A stretch of 64,000 bases of DNA from Basidiobolus meristosporus CBS 931.73. Its lineage: Eukaryota > Fungi > Basidiobolomycota. The notes under the pieces were generated by a model. That model made no database searches, was not told where the DNA came from, and was given only the letters and a program-made list of their open reading frames with translations. This document shows positions 36,922 to 49,954 of this stretch, in pieces (position 1 is the first letter of the stretch; every line of letters starts with the position of its first letter). The position numbers were made by a program, and so were the translations under genes. The DNA lies in contig MCFE01000154.1 in NCBI GenBank assembly GCA_002104905.1, forward strand, positions 1 through 64,000, given 5' to 3'.

Positions 36922-38333
36922 TTACACTTCATAATGCTCCAGAAACATTTCTCTCAGTGGATGTCTTCTTGTATGAGCATACTGTGCATTAATAAGTATC
37001 TTAACTATTTTACCTATTCTGCTGTTTTCTCCTATATATGACTTTCCTCTGTATTTACCTGCCAATATGCTGAATCTCTTCAGATATCCAAATGTGTGCT
37101 TTACCCTCACTCTGAAATGATTAAATATCTCATTGTAGAGCTTCTGCTTCCTGCTAAGCACACCATTCCTTGGCTTCCTATAAGCTGTAATACATCCTAA
37201 TCTCTGACAATCCTCTCCTATATAGGCTAAGTCTGCCATACATTTCTCCCCTTTACTGAATTCAGGATGATTCTCTACCCAGAGTGCCTTGTCATGCCTA
37301 CTTCCAGCAAATGGCCCACTAGACCAGATGATGTTACCCTCAATGTCAGACAGTGCTTGAAACCTCACACAGTGTGCCTTGTACTTGCCAGAATAAAAGT
37401 GCCTCTGCCCTCTAGAAGGTCTGTTAATCCTCACTGGGAAGGTATCCAAAATACTCCTGATATCAAACCTGTTGTCATGATCACATGACAACCATGAACA
37501 CCCATGCCAAGTTTCAGCTGCAAAGCTCAATTTCTAAGAGATTCTTTCTGGAACCTTCTACCACCTTCCAGAAAGTTCCTGACCATTCCAAACCATTGTT
37601 ACACAATGGAACATTCCATGGAAGCTTCCCATTGTATTTTTCATAGTCCACTACCATATATGGAAATACCAGGTCACATGACTTAGTCACCTGATCAGGT
37701 GACCCAATCCATTTCCCCATCCTGTCCCAGTGCCGTGTCATCTATGTCATTATCCCCAGTACTATTGCTGTGCCTCACCCCACAACCCCATTAGTATTAG
37801 CCAATATCTCTTGGCATCAGTATAACCAAAAAGTATATATAGTCCTATCCCCCCTTAAGTATTCCTCAGTCTGATAAACACAGGTCTTGAATAAACAGCC
37901 TTGCCTTGAATCCTGCCTTGCCTTGATGGTCCACACCTAAGTTCTTTCCTGCCGTGCCTAGCTTTTCCTCCTGCCTTGTGTCTATTCATAACACCTGTTG
38001 CTGAACACTCTGGGATATGGAATTCTATTGGAGCTTCTGAACCTAGTATTCCAAGCTTGCTCTAAGTCATTCATACACTCTGCAATGTGGTTCTCCATTG
38101 CTGTCAGCTGGGAATGAAAGCTTCTAGGACTTTTGTTGCCATGGATGGTGGGATGAAACCTTGTAGGGCAATAGTTCTTGTAATAGTGGAGAAGCTCAAC
38201 AAGGGATCTCTTTGAGTAGATTTGGGGTAGATGGTCCACAGTACTAGGGATAGATCTCCTCTAGTGTGTCAAAAGGAAATCCAGTGGTAGTACTGGGATT
38301 GATCAGAAAAGACCATTCAGATGAGTAAGTCAT
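36922..38333 (-). pseudogene. DDE_Tnp_4-type (Harbinger/IS5-like) transposase, broken by a frameshift (~38247) and a solo LTR
   Basis: Reconstructed MTYSSEW...FSNRFDIRSILDTFPVRINRP...FYSGKYKAHCVRFQ...GPFAGSRHD...MADLAYIG...YRKP...RVRVKHTFGYLKRF. K stands at the usual catalytic E position. Confidence 0.85.
37473..37993. mobile_element. Solo LTR (521 bp) of a third family, inside the transposase
   Basis: TG...CA ends and perfect 5-bp TSD CCTGT; excision restores the transposase frame. Confidence 0.85.
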
Positions 38334-38691
38334 ATTAAAATTGGTGGATGATTGTATGGAGGTGGTCTGAATTGATTTGGTGCAATCTGCATTATTTATC
38401 TGATTTTTAATGCATTATGATTAAATCTCCATCAATTGCCATGTATCCCATCATTGTGTAGCAAAAATCATCTGCAAACAACGCCTTGATACTTTTATTG
38501 ATGCTTTACTCATAGGTCTATAATCAAATAGGAAATCTGCAATTAATGTGATCTGATCCGTGTCAACTCAAGCCAAGATGCATCATGCATAATGTATGGA
38601 AATTCAACAATCACATTAGTTTTCTTATATATTTCATATAAGACCAGGTTGATGCCAATATACTGCTGTATAAGTATCTAAATCCATTGCT

Positions 38692-39666
38692 ATGGTCCCC
38701 ATACCAAGTCTCAACTCATCTTTAGTACAACCCAGACAAAACCCATCCCCCAGCTCACAAGCACGGTCCAGACCAGAAAAGCTGATATTGAATCCGTTCA
38801 AGTTCTTGCCAAATGATTTTAGTATGGCCCAAGTTTCTATGATGAGCCTTCATACAGATATTTGGGCACTACTGATTAATCAAGCAGAACTATATACCTT
38901 GGAGAGTTGACAAAGATGGAAGAATTTGAGTAGAAAGCTATAGCATGAGTTCTACATCAAGATGCCAGCTAATGTATGTGAGAAGATATATAACAAGACA
39001 AGTATTGAAATCAAGAATGAGCTGAGAGTGAGGGGACTTAGTGAGCTTCAGGAAGAAGAATACAGACCGCAAGCAACATCATCCAGATTGTGCCAGCACA
39101 CCTTGCTGGATTCCTTACCATCTCTTGCAACCACAGCGCACCAGCGCACATCAGTCCAGACTATGCCAACACCCTTTACCAGAATGCCCTGCATCAAGTT
39201 CACACGCATGCTTCAGAGCAAAACTACCAGAACTTGCCAAACTGCTCATTTAGACATAAGTCCATTAGCGCAGACCAAGTTGCGTCAACATGCAGCATCA
39301 TATCAATTTCAGCCAAGGGCCATCTCAATGCATCAAGTTGCACCAGTGCATGCCATTTTGCCTGACCATCAGCTAGTTACTTCTGGTGAACTGACTGATG
39401 ACCAATGTGAAGTGCCTCAGCCACCAGAGCCCTTGGCAAGTAAAAGAATGCGTCAGCCCATGGCACTCCAGGCCGGTTTGGTTGGGGCAATTCAGCGCAG
39501 CCAAGCTGCAGCATTGCACCTTTCAACTAGGAGGCAAAATACTGACTACAAATATAGAGGTAGCCAAGATGATAGTCAGCCAGGAAGTAGTATAGGTGTG
39601 CAAAGTGAGTCACTACCAAACTCTTCAGTAGTAATCCTTGTGAGAAAAAAACCCAGGAGAAGATGA
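38692..39666 (+). pseudogene. Harbinger ORF2, putative Myb/SANT (trihelix-like) DNA-binding protein, two in-frame stops
   Basis: One frame runs 38692-39666 through a TGA (38908) and a TAG. DIWALLI...TLES*QRWKNLSRKL resembles the W...RWKNL trihelix signature. A second partial copy lies at ~57.1-57.8 kb. Confidence 0.55.
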
Positions 39667-40408
39667 TGCAATTGCTTTGAACTGCTATTATTTGCAATGA
39701 TCCCAACAACCCATTTTTTTTGCAATCCAAATCAAGCCATTGCAAATCAGTGATCATCAAATTTTTGATATAAGTAATATCAAGGCTGTCTCACATTTGA
39801 GACAGAACCCCTATAAATAAACACCCTGCATATATATACATCATCTGTCATACCAGTGCAGCTATTGGATCTGTTTCTCACATACCTGATTGCTTGCATG
39901 CTAGCTATAACACCTTGTCCAATCACTAGGATCAGGGATTTACTTGCTCAATGGGCAAAATGGGATATTTAATGGCAAATCAGGTAGCTTGTTTAGTAGT
40001 CAATAAGCCAATTAGGGGCTGCCAGCTTCAGGATACTTTTGGATCAATTAACCACTGAGATACTGTCCAATTGGAGTGATGGTAACCAAAACAATAAGTA
40101 TCAGTGTAGTTTATATAATGATACACATTTATTTCCATTTACATTGAAGAAACATATCCAAATACCGGATTTTACCTGCCATAATAGCGGTATCCAATTG
40201 CGCACATGATGCAAACATTACAAGTTGGTGAAATCATCTATGCCAACCTCATTGTGTCAGATTGTGTCATAGTGTGCAAGATTGTCCCACATAGTGCAAA
40301 ATTGTCCAAGAACAATCCTGCCTACTGGTAGCTATAATATTGCACCTGATTGTTCTTTACAACCGCCAATTGCACTGCATGCCCTGGGATGTACAATAGA
40401 ACAAGTCT

Positions 40409-43037
40409 GATATCTTGCTGGCCACTTGATACTTCTATAATGGCACAATGTCACACTTGTCACCTTGTGCAAACCAAGTCAGTTGAGCTTGTGATGCCTT
40501 TGAGCTAGCCAGAGCCTTCAGAATATGGCATGCTGCATGATAGCTCTGACAAAGAAGGTTCACTGAGGGATTGTGATCATATTTCCCCTAACAACAGTAT
40601 TATGAAGGAGCCTGACAACGCCTCAATATGAGATGACAAAACACAGGTGGAAAAATGCTAAGAATGCCTTATTGAGCCAAGTGAGCCTAGTAGTCCATCT
40701 ACTGCTGAATAAAGTGATGTTGTAGCAAGAGTAGTGGCATGTTTCCCCTAATACCAGTAATGGGGGCATTTAGGATTTACTACTACTTCTTGCCAAAATC
40801 ACTCCAGGACTCAACCTACCATCTACAAGGTAGGAGGGAGCAGCCATTGTGCAGCCAGCAACATGTGATCCAAAGACCATCTTAATACCTGCATGTGTTA
40901 GCAGTTGCATGGCAAGCATATCAGAGAACCCTAACATTGCAAGATGTCCAACTTGTCAGAAATCCACCACCATAAGAGGAAAGCATTGTTCACACAGCAG
41001 ATATACTCCAGCAATGCCCCATCTGAAGAAGGTTGTGCATTACAACAAATATTGGGAAGCTATAAAGTACTGCACTCAGTATTAATCAAGCATAAACATA
41101 TCTGATATACTTGATTGCAAACATTACAAACAATTAAGAAGCAAGAGCTACTTTGAACACTAGTATGACCATGTTTTTGCCTTGAAGCTTGATGGGTGCT
41201 CATCAAAAAAGTACTTTACTGGCAAATTATACTGGCCACTGTTTCTCACCAATCTGAATATTCTGTCTATCTTACAATTTGTAAGCAGAAACTTGAGAAA
41301 GAGGGTATCTGCTAGGGCCAAAGCTACTGACTGAGAGCAATACATTTGCTATTCAACAACATCCCTATATAAATGACCAAGTTGTACATACTGTATTTCA
41401 ACCTTAATGAGCACATGAGAAACTAGGGTAACATGCAAGAATTGGAAACATATTACAGAATATCCTAGACCCAAAGTACTTCTCACAGGCTCCAGACAAT
41501 ATCTGCATGCATATGAAAATACATAAATGCAACAACTAGATGCACCACATATGTACATATATATTCAAATGGCCTTCCAGTGTCATTTCCAATTTGAGCT
41601 AATAGGCAGTATTGGGAGTCAACTGTTGACATTTTAAGTATGTTGATCCAGAAATGTATTACCTATATCAACTTGATGCATCTACAGCTATTGTGCAATA
41701 TGTTTGTGACACTGCTTGTGTGGCTATACTACTAGCACAGAGCTGAACTCATAGATCTCTGCCACATATGTTTCACTTTTCTACTCCATCTTGCTGGATG
41801 TGTGGGAATAGTAGGCATGCTATGTGTGTTGGGAGTGTACTATATAGCAGATGAGTGAAGATACAAAGCCAAGTCAAGTTGCAGCTACCACCATATCCTA
41901 GTCTCATCAAGAATATATCCTTCAAGTGTGTCATGGATGTGATGAGTTGGTACACGGAGGATAGCCAGGAAGTGGTAGAAAATACTAAACACAAATGTGC
42001 ACATGGAGGAGCGCTAGGAGGAGCTGGATAATACTGAGCACAGCTGTGCATATGTAGGCACCTATTCCTTTTATATTAAGAACCTAAGAGGCTCCATTGG
42101 GTGGATTATCAGTTTGGCAATGAATGGCCTGATTGGACACTGCAAGTAACTAATTATTACTAGGACAACTTGTCCAAGGTATGCTGGGTTTCTATTGGTA
42201 TCAAGTCAATTTCAATGCCATTCAATACAGAGCTTGTATAAATATGAGCTGTAGCACACTTGTTAGGGGTAATCAATCCAGCAGGGAGAAGGTATATATT
42301 GGCTAAATACCAAAAGGTTCTTTGCAGATATTGAGGAGTTATTCAAAGCAAAAATGGTAGCATCCAAACATATGTCTGAAAGATGCATATGTTACCAGTA
42401 ATACAAGGTAAATGGCAATTTTGCAAGTAGCACACTGAAAAGACATAAAGTTTAGGTGCTTGAACTATCTTAATTTTGGCAAATTTGCATTTATGTAGAT
42501 GTATGTGAGCAACTGGCCATAGTTTTTTACATATAAACTATATTTGGAACACTCTTGGTAGTAGCAGGTATGTAAATAAACAGGGGTAATTCTACAGTTA
42601 AATATATTAATGGTACAAAGAAAGGTAGAGAAATGACATACCTTTTGGTAAATTGGTCAGGTAGCATATACAAAGTAGGCCTATATTATTTGGCATTGAA
42701 TTTAACATAAACACTGTCATAATCCCAGCATACAACTGAGTAGATGGTTAATAGTTCCAAGCTTCCAGCATTATGAGGAACTCATTGTGGGATCCTGATG
42801 GTCAAATCAGATTGGCTCCACCTGCAGGACCAGAGTCAATCATTGTAGAGTTAAATCATGGGAAAAGGGAATTACAGCAAAATTACCTACTTAATGATGG
42901 ATTTTAGTGGAGTTGCTTGTTGATTGTAAGGTTGGGCTCAATGTTAGTATTTGGTAAAGGGACTTGTATAGATCTGTGCAATTGGCCATCAAGGTACAAC
43001 TGAAGTATCAACTGAAATAACTCAATTTGCATGCATG
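40409..43037 (+). mobile_element. Decayed Tnp2-family transposase region of family C (continues from 36.4-36.7 kb)
   Basis: CVSSCMASISENPNIARCPTCQK...DILDCKHY...DHVFALKLDG...LYWPLFLTNLNI...LCNMFVTLLVWLYY...LLHLA. Confidence 0.7.
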
Positions 43038-43415
43038 TGTTACAAGTCTTGGTATAAGAGTAGTAGAGGAATGGGGAGTTTAGCTAGTATTGTATTCACT
43101 AAAACTTGAACTGATTTTTATTGAGGTTCCAGCAGCTCCTTATATACATTTTGCCAGATCAATTGCTGACTAATTGTATTTCCTAATGTAGGTTGTGGTT
43201 GATGACTCATTTGATTGCATCATCGTCACACAATAAGATCCTACTTAATATATCTATTTCTGTCTGATAAGGATCTGCTGATTCATTTGCTGACTAATGC
43301 TACTGATTTCATAGATAATACTGATATACTGATAACCTAAACATATACTAATTGATTTGACTAAAAACTGATCTAACTTAAACATTCAAACAGCAGATCA
43401 TAACATTCTCCCCTA

Positions 43416-44657
43416 CTAAAGTTGAGAGGGTTCTCCTGAATCTCTTTTCTTGTGATACCAATATCTTGATGGTTCAGTATTATCAGCAAGTTTTGCAAGC
43501 TTGAGTCTGTCCCTATGCACTAAGTCTTCCCAGATATTGCCTTGTTTGTCCACCAGTTGGTAAGTTGCAAATGGACATTCTCTGATGATCTTGAATGGTT
43601 GTGTCCATTGTGGCTCAAACTTCTTCCAAGTGTTGTTTCTTAGCAATACAAAGTTCCCAACTGTCAATGCTTCTGGTGCTATAGTCTTATCAAATCTCTG
43701 CTTCAACTTTTCTGCGCTTTGAGATACTTTGGTCTGTGCCTTTTGACGTCTTTGTTCCAGTTGCTGGTGTCTACTTGGCTGACTGAGTTCATCTTCTAAG
43801 GTGTCTGTAAGTTTTGGTTGTGTGAGATCTCCTGGAATCCTTGGTTCACATCCATAAACTAAGTAAAATGGTGATTGCTGGGTGGTGTTGTGTACTCTGA
43901 CTCTGCAAGCAAAGAGTGCTTGCTCTATATACTCATCCCATCTACTGACAACTCCATTTGCATATTTGGTCAGCATTTTTCCAAATAATCCATTAAACCT
44001 CTCAGTGACTCCATTAGTTCTGGGGTGATATGCCCAGGTTTTCAAGTGTCTGATCTGCTGCATTTCCAGGTAAGCCTCTAATGTCTTAGCCATAAAGTTT
44101 GCCCCTCTATCTGATAAGATCTCCACAGGGCATCCAAACTTCATCAGGATCTCATGGTAAATGAAACTTGCAACTTCTTGTTCACTGGCTATTGGTACAG
44201 CTTTAGCAACTGGCCATTTAGTGGCATGGTCAATTGCTACTCGGATCCAACGGTTGCATTTCCTGGCAGTTGGCAGTCTTCCAATAAAGTCAATTCCCCA
44301 TCTCTCAAATGGTCTTACAGGCTCCAAAGGAAAGAGTTTGGCAATTCTTTGTGGCTGGCCTTGATTGACTTGGCAGTTTGGGCATGTTTTCACTAGCTTC
44401 TCAATATCTTGTTTCATTCTGGGCGACCATGCTCTGGCTTTCACAAGGCTATAGGCTCCTTCAATCCCAAGATGTCCATATCCATTGTGTAGCTTATGTA
44501 TTAAATCCAGGCAAGCAACATAAGGACAATAGGCAATAGGGCTTCCATCAACAATTTGGTAGAGTGTTTCATTCTGTACTACAAATTTGCTGACTTCATC
44601 ACGGATTATCTTCTTGATATTATCATCCACCTCATTAGGAATGGCTTGGTCCTCCAA
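43416..44657 (-). CDS. Gypsy integrase (HHCC plus DDE); no chromodomain
   Basis: HNGYGH...CPNC, WGIDFIG, LSDRGANF, YHPRTNGVTERFN. Confidence 0.9.
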   Translation of the reverse strand: MEDQAIPNEVDDNIKKIIRDEVSKFVVQNETLYQIVDGSPIAYCPYVACLDLIHKLHNGYGHLGIEGAYSLVKARAWSPRMKQDIEKLVKTCPNCQVNQGQPQRIAKLFPLEPVRPFERWGIDFIGRLPTARKCNRWIRVAIDHATKWPVAKAVPIASEQEVASFIYHEILMKFGCPVEILSDRGANFMAKTLEAYLEMQQIRHLKTWAYHPRTNGVTERFNGLFGKMLTKYANGVVSRWDEYIEQALFACRVRVHNTTQQSPFYLVYGCEPRIPGDLTQPKLTDTLEDELSQPSRHQQLEQRRQKAQTKVSQSAEKLKQRFDKTIAPEALTVGNFVLLRNNTWKKFEPQWTQPFKIIRECPFATYQLVDKQGNIWEDLVHRDRLKLAKLADNTEPSRYWYHKKRDSGEPSQL

Positions 44658-44678
44658 GTACTTTGGTAATAGGCTAGG

Positions 44679-46205
44679 TCAATCTGATTCATGCACCAAG
44701 CTGAGTTGTGCAACTTGATCTAATCCTGATAAGGCATCAGCAACCATGTTGTTTTTTCCAGGACAGTAGACAATCTCCAGGTCAAATTGCTGAATGTATT
44801 CACTCCATCTTGTCATTCTTCCAGAGAGTACCTTCTGAGTAAATATATACTTGAGGGAGGCATGATCAGTCTTCACAGTGTATTTGACTCCTTCAATATA
44901 GCATCCCCATGTCTTCAAACAGTGTATTATAGCAAGCATCTCCTTCTCATGGACTGGATAGTTTTGTTCTACTGAGTTCAGTTTCTTGGATTCAAAGGCA
45001 ACAGGGTAGTCCCTTCCCTTGTGTTCTTGGCTCAGCACTCAACCAATTGCATAATCTGAAGCATCTGTGCACAGAGTGAACTCTTTTCTGAAGTCTAGTA
45101 TTCTTAGGCTTGGCAGCTTAGCAAGTTCATTCTTGAGCGTCTAGAAGGCAGTCTCACAAGCTATGTCCTACTTGTAGGTATTGTCTTTCTTGAGGATATC
45201 AGTTAAAGGGGCTGCAATACTTGCAAATGACTTGACAAATCTCCAATAATAGGAAACCATTCCAAGGAAGGATCTGAGTTCTGATATGCTATGGGGCTGC
45301 TTCAAATTCTTGATAACTTCAACCTTCTTAGGGTCTAAGGTCACTCCTGTGCTAGTCACTATGTGTCCCAGGTATTCAACGTGTTCCTTAAAGAATTCAC
45401 ACTTGGCTAGCTTGCCATATAGCTTGTTCTCTCTTAGTTTCTTCAAGACCTTTTCAATGTGCACTACGTGATCCTCTTCTGTCTTGCTGTATATCAATAT
45501 GTCATCCAGGTAGACTATCACAAACTTGTCTAAGTACTCCTGAAAGACAGTCTGCATCAGCGTCATGAATGTTGCAGGGGCATTAGTGAGGCCAAAACTC
45601 ATGACTAAGTACTTGTAATGTCCATATCTGGTCCTAAATGCTGTCTTAGGAATATCTTCTGGTTTCACCCTAATTTGGTTGTATCCTGACATGAGGTCAA
45701 TCTTGCTGAAAATAGTGGCTCCATTAAGTTGGTCCAAAAGCTCATCAATCCAAGGTATGGGGTACTTATTCTTGACGGTAACTGAGTTCAGGGCTCTGTA
45801 GTCAATGCACATCCTAAGTGTTCCATCCTTCTTTTTCACAAAAAGCACTGGTGCTCCCCTGGGTGACTTGCTGGGCCTGATGTATTCTTGCTCCAATAGC
45901 CGATCAATTTGTCTCTTCATTTCCTCCAATTCCAATGTACTCATTCTGTAAGGTGTCTTGCTCACTGGAGGGCTATCTCCTGTGTCAATGGCATGATTCA
46001 CGTCTCTGACTGGTGGTAGGCTTACAAGCTCATCTGGAAACATGTCTGAATATTTCTTCAAGAGAGTCTGGACCTGCTGGGGTGCTGGGGTAGAGGAATC
46101 CTCCTGTAATACCGCCATGAGGAACATCTGGGTACCTTTTCTAAGTGCTCTACAGAACTGGGTCTTGCTAAGTTCACTTGTCTCACACACACTGGAATTG
46201 ACCAA
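44679..46205 (-). pseudogene. Gypsy reverse transcriptase and RNase H (stops in the connection/RH region)
   Basis: [70 protein letters not shown]. Confidence 0.92.
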
Positions 46206-47548
46206 GTTGAAATCCAGCCTGGCAGGTAATAGCTCATAGGTCTTGTTGTCTTTTGGATCTGAGTAGCATGGGTTCTCCAGTTGATTGATGGATTACAACA
46301 AAATAGCCAGGTTTTTCCAAGTACAAGGTTGAACTTGCAGTTCCCAAATATATAAGCCTCTGGGTCTTCTTCATAGTCATTAATCTTCATTCTTACTGGC
46401 TGGGTAATACGGTTGATTATGTGGGAGTTCCCATCAGCTGTGGAGACTGAAGATGATTTGGTAGGTTCTGAGTTGATTCCAGCTTTCAAAGCAAATTGCT
46501 TTGACATGCACTCATGTGATGCTCCTGAGTCAATCATGATCTTGGCAGGTACTCCATTGATTACTCCATTCAAGTACAATAACTTCCCTGAGTTTGAAGT
46601 CATTTGGGACAAGTACTCTTCTGTCATATGGAAGGTGAGTTCCAAGTCTTCTTCAAGCTCATCTTCCACATTACTGTGCTCATGGGACTCAATATGGTTG
46701 AAGGTTCTTGTTGGCTGGTGTCCATTTCTTCTCTGAGGGCAGTACTTTGCAATATGTCCCGGCTGGTCGCAATTGAAGCAAAGTCCTCTCTTCTTGCATT
46801 CTTCTGAGGAGGGATTCTTCTGCATAGCGTCTATTTCCATTGGTACTGCTTCTGATTGTCTTCTTTCATAATGATTATAGCCTTTCTGATTAGTCACTGT
46901 AGGCTTCCCAGCTCCAAACATAGCTGAGTCATAGTCAATGGCAATCTTGATGGCTTCTTCAATTGTCTGAGGTCTTTGGTAATTGACTTCCTTGCAGGTT
47001 CTTTCTTTCAACCCATCAATAAAGTATTCAACTTGATCTAAGGGGTCCATTCTTTCAATTTGTCCAAGTAGACATCTGTACTCATAGATGTATTCTTGCA
47101 CCATTCCTTTCTGTCTGAGTGTCTTTGACTTCCTTCTTAGTAGTGTCTGCTGGTGTGGAGGTTCAAAAGCATCCTGAATTTCCGACACAAACTCATCCCA
47201 GGTAGAGATTGTAGAGCATCCCATCATAGTGGCCAACCTGATCTTGTTGTGGTACCACTGTAAAGCTGCATCTGCCAGGTAAGAAGCTGCATAATGCAAC
47301 TTGCTTTCTGGAGCAATTCCTTTAGCTTTAAAAGCTTCTTCAATCTGGAAGAGCCAAGTTCCCAGGTTTTCATTGACTCTGCCATGGTACCAGTTGACCT
47401 TCACACTAAAGTTGCTCTTAACAGGGCATTGCTGGTTCTGAACCATGGTAGTCATTCCTTGTTGCTGTTGGCTGAGGATCTGGAGTAACTGTTGCTGTTG
47501 GGCCAGGATTTGCTGCATGGCATTCTTCCATTCTTGATTGTCCGACAT
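46058..47548 (-). pseudogene. Gypsy gag-protease (frameshifts into RT near 46.25 kb)
   Basis: WLFQIEEAF...AALQWY, PMEIDA, CFNCDQPGHIAKYC, IMIDSGASHECM. Confidence 0.9.
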
Positions 47549-49954
47549 CTTGAGGGTGGTTTTTCTTTCTTCAGGAGGGAGGTTTCTGGTTATTGCTGCT
47601 ACCAATGTTACAAGTCTTGGTATAAGAGTAGTAGAGGAATAGGGAGTTTAGCTAGTATTGTATTCACTAAAACTTGAACTGATTTTTATTGAGGTTCCAG
47701 CAGCTCCTTATATACATTTTGCCAGATCAATTGCTGACTAATTGTATTTCCTAATAAAGGTTGTGGCTGATGACTCATTTGATTGCATCATCATCACCCA
47801 ATAAGATCCTACTTTATATAACTATTTCTGTCTGATAAGGATCTGCTAATTCATTTGCTGACCAATGCTACTGATTTCATAGATAATACAGATATACTGA
47901 TAACCTAAACATATACTAATTGATTTGACTAAAACTGATCTAACTTAAACATTCAAGTGGCAGATCATAACACATGAAAAGTCAGAGAATTAATTGAGTC
48001 AGGTGATATTTTAATTTTGTGACAGCGTTCTAACAGGAACATCATAAAGGGCTTACTTAATGGTAGAGCCTAATCAAACAAAGGGTTGAGTGCAAGGTTG
48101 CACTTAATTTTAGTGCTGGACTCAGGGACATCTATGGGCCAATAAAGCATGCAATTATGCTACAATGGAGGCTTGAATTAAATTGCCATATTAACCCTAC
48201 ACAAAGTAAGTCTGATGTATAGCTATAGGAGGTAATCATGTGCTACAATATCATGAAACAGTATTGCTCTTATTCTGTTGACTTTCCTTGAGCTATTGCA
48301 GCGCATGAAAAAAGATTAAGAACTTGCAACTCTCAAAGACACCAGCATAAAATACAGACAATTGGTCAATGTTAGAGTATAAAGTTGTACTGAACACTCA
48401 GTAGCAGGTACATGTTTAATTTACAGCTCATTGGAAGCAGTGCTTAAGAAGTCATATCAATTGAGTTCAAAAAACCCAATAAATCTGCCTACTGCTGGTA
48501 GATTTCCTGCTGTAACTCTGATAACATGTATTTTTTTCTATCCAATCAGGCACTGCTACATTATACTGGTACTGCACCAGAATTTAGTTTCCATGCATGA
48601 AGTAATTTAGCTTTGTATAGCATGCATTAATTGTGTGCTGGCTATAAGACTTTCCTCTTTGAGAAATATCACAATTAGAACATCCTACACTGAAAATAGG
48701 GGAAGATTTACTCACTTCAGAATTTCAACACTGCAGGCACAGTTCTAAGATCTCAGGACTTCTCCTCCTTCACATACATTACTGAGTATTCCAAATCTGA
48801 TCAGCTTTGCACCTGCCAAGAGACTGTATGTCTCACAGACAACAATCTGAGTTATACTAGAGAACTGCCACTTTGCTGCTGGGAAACCATGCTGAACAGA
48901 CCTCTTCAATTTAAAACTCTATTGTAGATCTGTTCAAGAGCCTCTATATTCTTAAAGAACCCCTTTAGGCACCCACTTAGCTAATATTTCCCATGAGAGA
49001 TTCTTCAAAGAAACCCCTTTACACTGATGATACTCTGGTCAACACCCATTTGGGTCCAAAGTTCTCATTAATGACCTGAATATCAGATGGCTTTTGGTAA
49101 AAGGGAAGGTCAGGACCTTGAAATAAGGAAGGTATTCACAGATATGAAGGTAGCTTCCAGTTTAGAAAAAGTTGTAATCAAAGTAGGTATACCAAATGCC
49201 TGACACTGCATAAGAAGTAAGCTATAAAAGTAAAATACACTGCCTACTGCATATTTTGAAGCGCAGAATAAGGATACTAGCCAAGTTTTTATGTTTTCTA
49301 TTGGTATATCAAACTTTCAATGTGCAAGTTCAGTATTTGCACACTAGTTGTTTTTGAGCAATCAACATTGACATTGCCAAACAAACTCCAAACTATCCAT
49401 AACTCTGCTACTGATACTCCCTACAGAGAGCCATTACATAACTAGAAAACCATGAATAAGTAGTATCAGTGCCATTATAACATCAAGCAAAGATCATTAC
49501 AAAAAGCTCCTCTTCAGATTTAACAAAAAACTTGGTCCAAAACTTGCATCACAACAGCCTCTATGTTACTTTTGCTTGGTTGGTTGCCTCTGTTGCAATT
49601 TAAGAAGTGATTTGGATATAAGGAACTTATCAAGAAATAGTGATGATAGTTGAACTGTTGTTTATTCATAAAGAAGCTCAGTATTTATACCTTTGTAGAA
49701 GTAATACAGCTGCAACACTAAGTAGGGAGGGTTTCTCAATATTCAGGAGCATTCTGTAACAGTTTCAGGGTTAGTACATAATGTTTGGGTAATAGTGCTA
49801 ATTTGATCCTGACTATAGGGGAATAATCATAAGATCATATATCTGGAGAAAGTGGCAAAGTTAAGGCAGTAAATGAGTCCTACAGTGACTAAGACTAGCC
49901 TAGAATTGTTAAGTAAATTTTTAGCTGCTGAATGATACCAAATAGTCCAATATT

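Larger units (their letters stand above)
36739..40408. mobile_element. Full-length two-ORF PIF/Harbinger-type (PHIS) DNA transposon, 3670 bp, inserted in a family-C element
   Basis: TIR AGACTTGTTCT(G/A)TTG at both ends; flanks AAT/GAT; an empty paralogous site (ccaacaatatcttg) lies at ~58665. Encodes a DDE transposase and a divergent Myb/SANT-like ORF. Confidence 0.85.
43038..47972 (-). mobile_element. Complete but inactivated Ty3/gypsy retrotransposon; LTRs 43038-43405 and 47606-47972, 4-bp TSD CATG
   Basis: TG...CA LTRs differ by about 14 substitutions plus 1 indel. PBS TGGTAGCAG one base from the LTR; PPT AGGGGAGAA; domain order gag-PR-RT-RH-IN. Confidence 0.97.

Noticed and set aside
48880-49050. 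Possible LINE reverse-transcriptase relic (DLFNL, LYTDDTLV on the plus strand)
   Set aside because: Two short degenerate motifs without the other RT blocks, and the opposite strand looks equally coding-like.
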